From contig NC_068992.1 in NCBI RefSeq assembly GCF_001194135.2, positions 38,228,425 to 38,276,332 of the forward strand: a stretch of DNA of 47,908 bases, given 5' to 3'. Within the stretch, counting starts at the first letter, position 1. Every line of letters begins with the position of its first letter. The DNA comes from Octopus bimaculoides. Its lineage: Eukaryota. Under the pieces are notes generated by a model that saw only the letters and a program-made list of their open reading frames with translations, was not told the DNA's origin and made no database searches. The translations under genes and the position numbers were made by a program. Below are positions 47,824-47,908 of this stretch, piece by piece.

Positions 47824-47895
47824 TTAGGGTTAGGTTTAGGGTTAGGGTTAGGGTCAGGGTTAGGGTTAGAGTCAGGGTTACGGTTAGGGTTAGGT
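47824..47895 (+). repeat. Degenerate telomere-type (TTAGGG)12 array
   Basis: Twelve in-register hexamers, six of them perfect TTAGGG; variants are TTAGGT, TCAGGG, TTAGAG and TTACGG. Confidence 0.85.
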
Positions 47896-47908
47896 TTACC
47901 CTGTGGAT

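Overview
AT-rich, repeat-dense eukaryotic draft-assembly DNA with many N gaps. The SINE/RTE families, microsatellites and intron sizes point to a cephalopod, most likely Octopus (inference). Two convergent spliced host genes can be rebuilt by hand from GT-AG junctions; the ORF track misses them. (1) On +, an alpha-endosulfine/ARPP-19 gene with 3 coding exons (14567-14713, 31906-32016, 34448-34672), 160 aa, carrying the Greatwall site FDSGDY and a 17-kb first intron. (2) On -, ribosomal protein S17 with 5 coding exons (47470-47472, 47113-47264, 44403-44508, 44190-44258, 41156-41236), 136 aa, and a TCT/5'TOP start. The rest is mostly mobile DNA: two decayed Gypsy LTR elements with paired LTRs and target-site duplications, two Helitrons, a TTAA piggyBac inside an RPS17 intron plus piggyBac MITEs, Tc1/mariner remnants, many 5'-truncated RTE LINEs whose 3' UTR carries a ~66-bp VNTR, several tRNA-derived SINE families, and a degenerate (TTAGGG)12 array upstream of RPS17. 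No prokaryotic systems, CRISPR, rRNA or intact tRNA genes were seen. The least explained signals are a decayed, unassigned reading frame split by the second Gypsy insertion and an endosulfine C-terminus that lacks the canonical PKA serine. Coordinates and mismatch counts are manual, so TE boundaries without termini are approximate.
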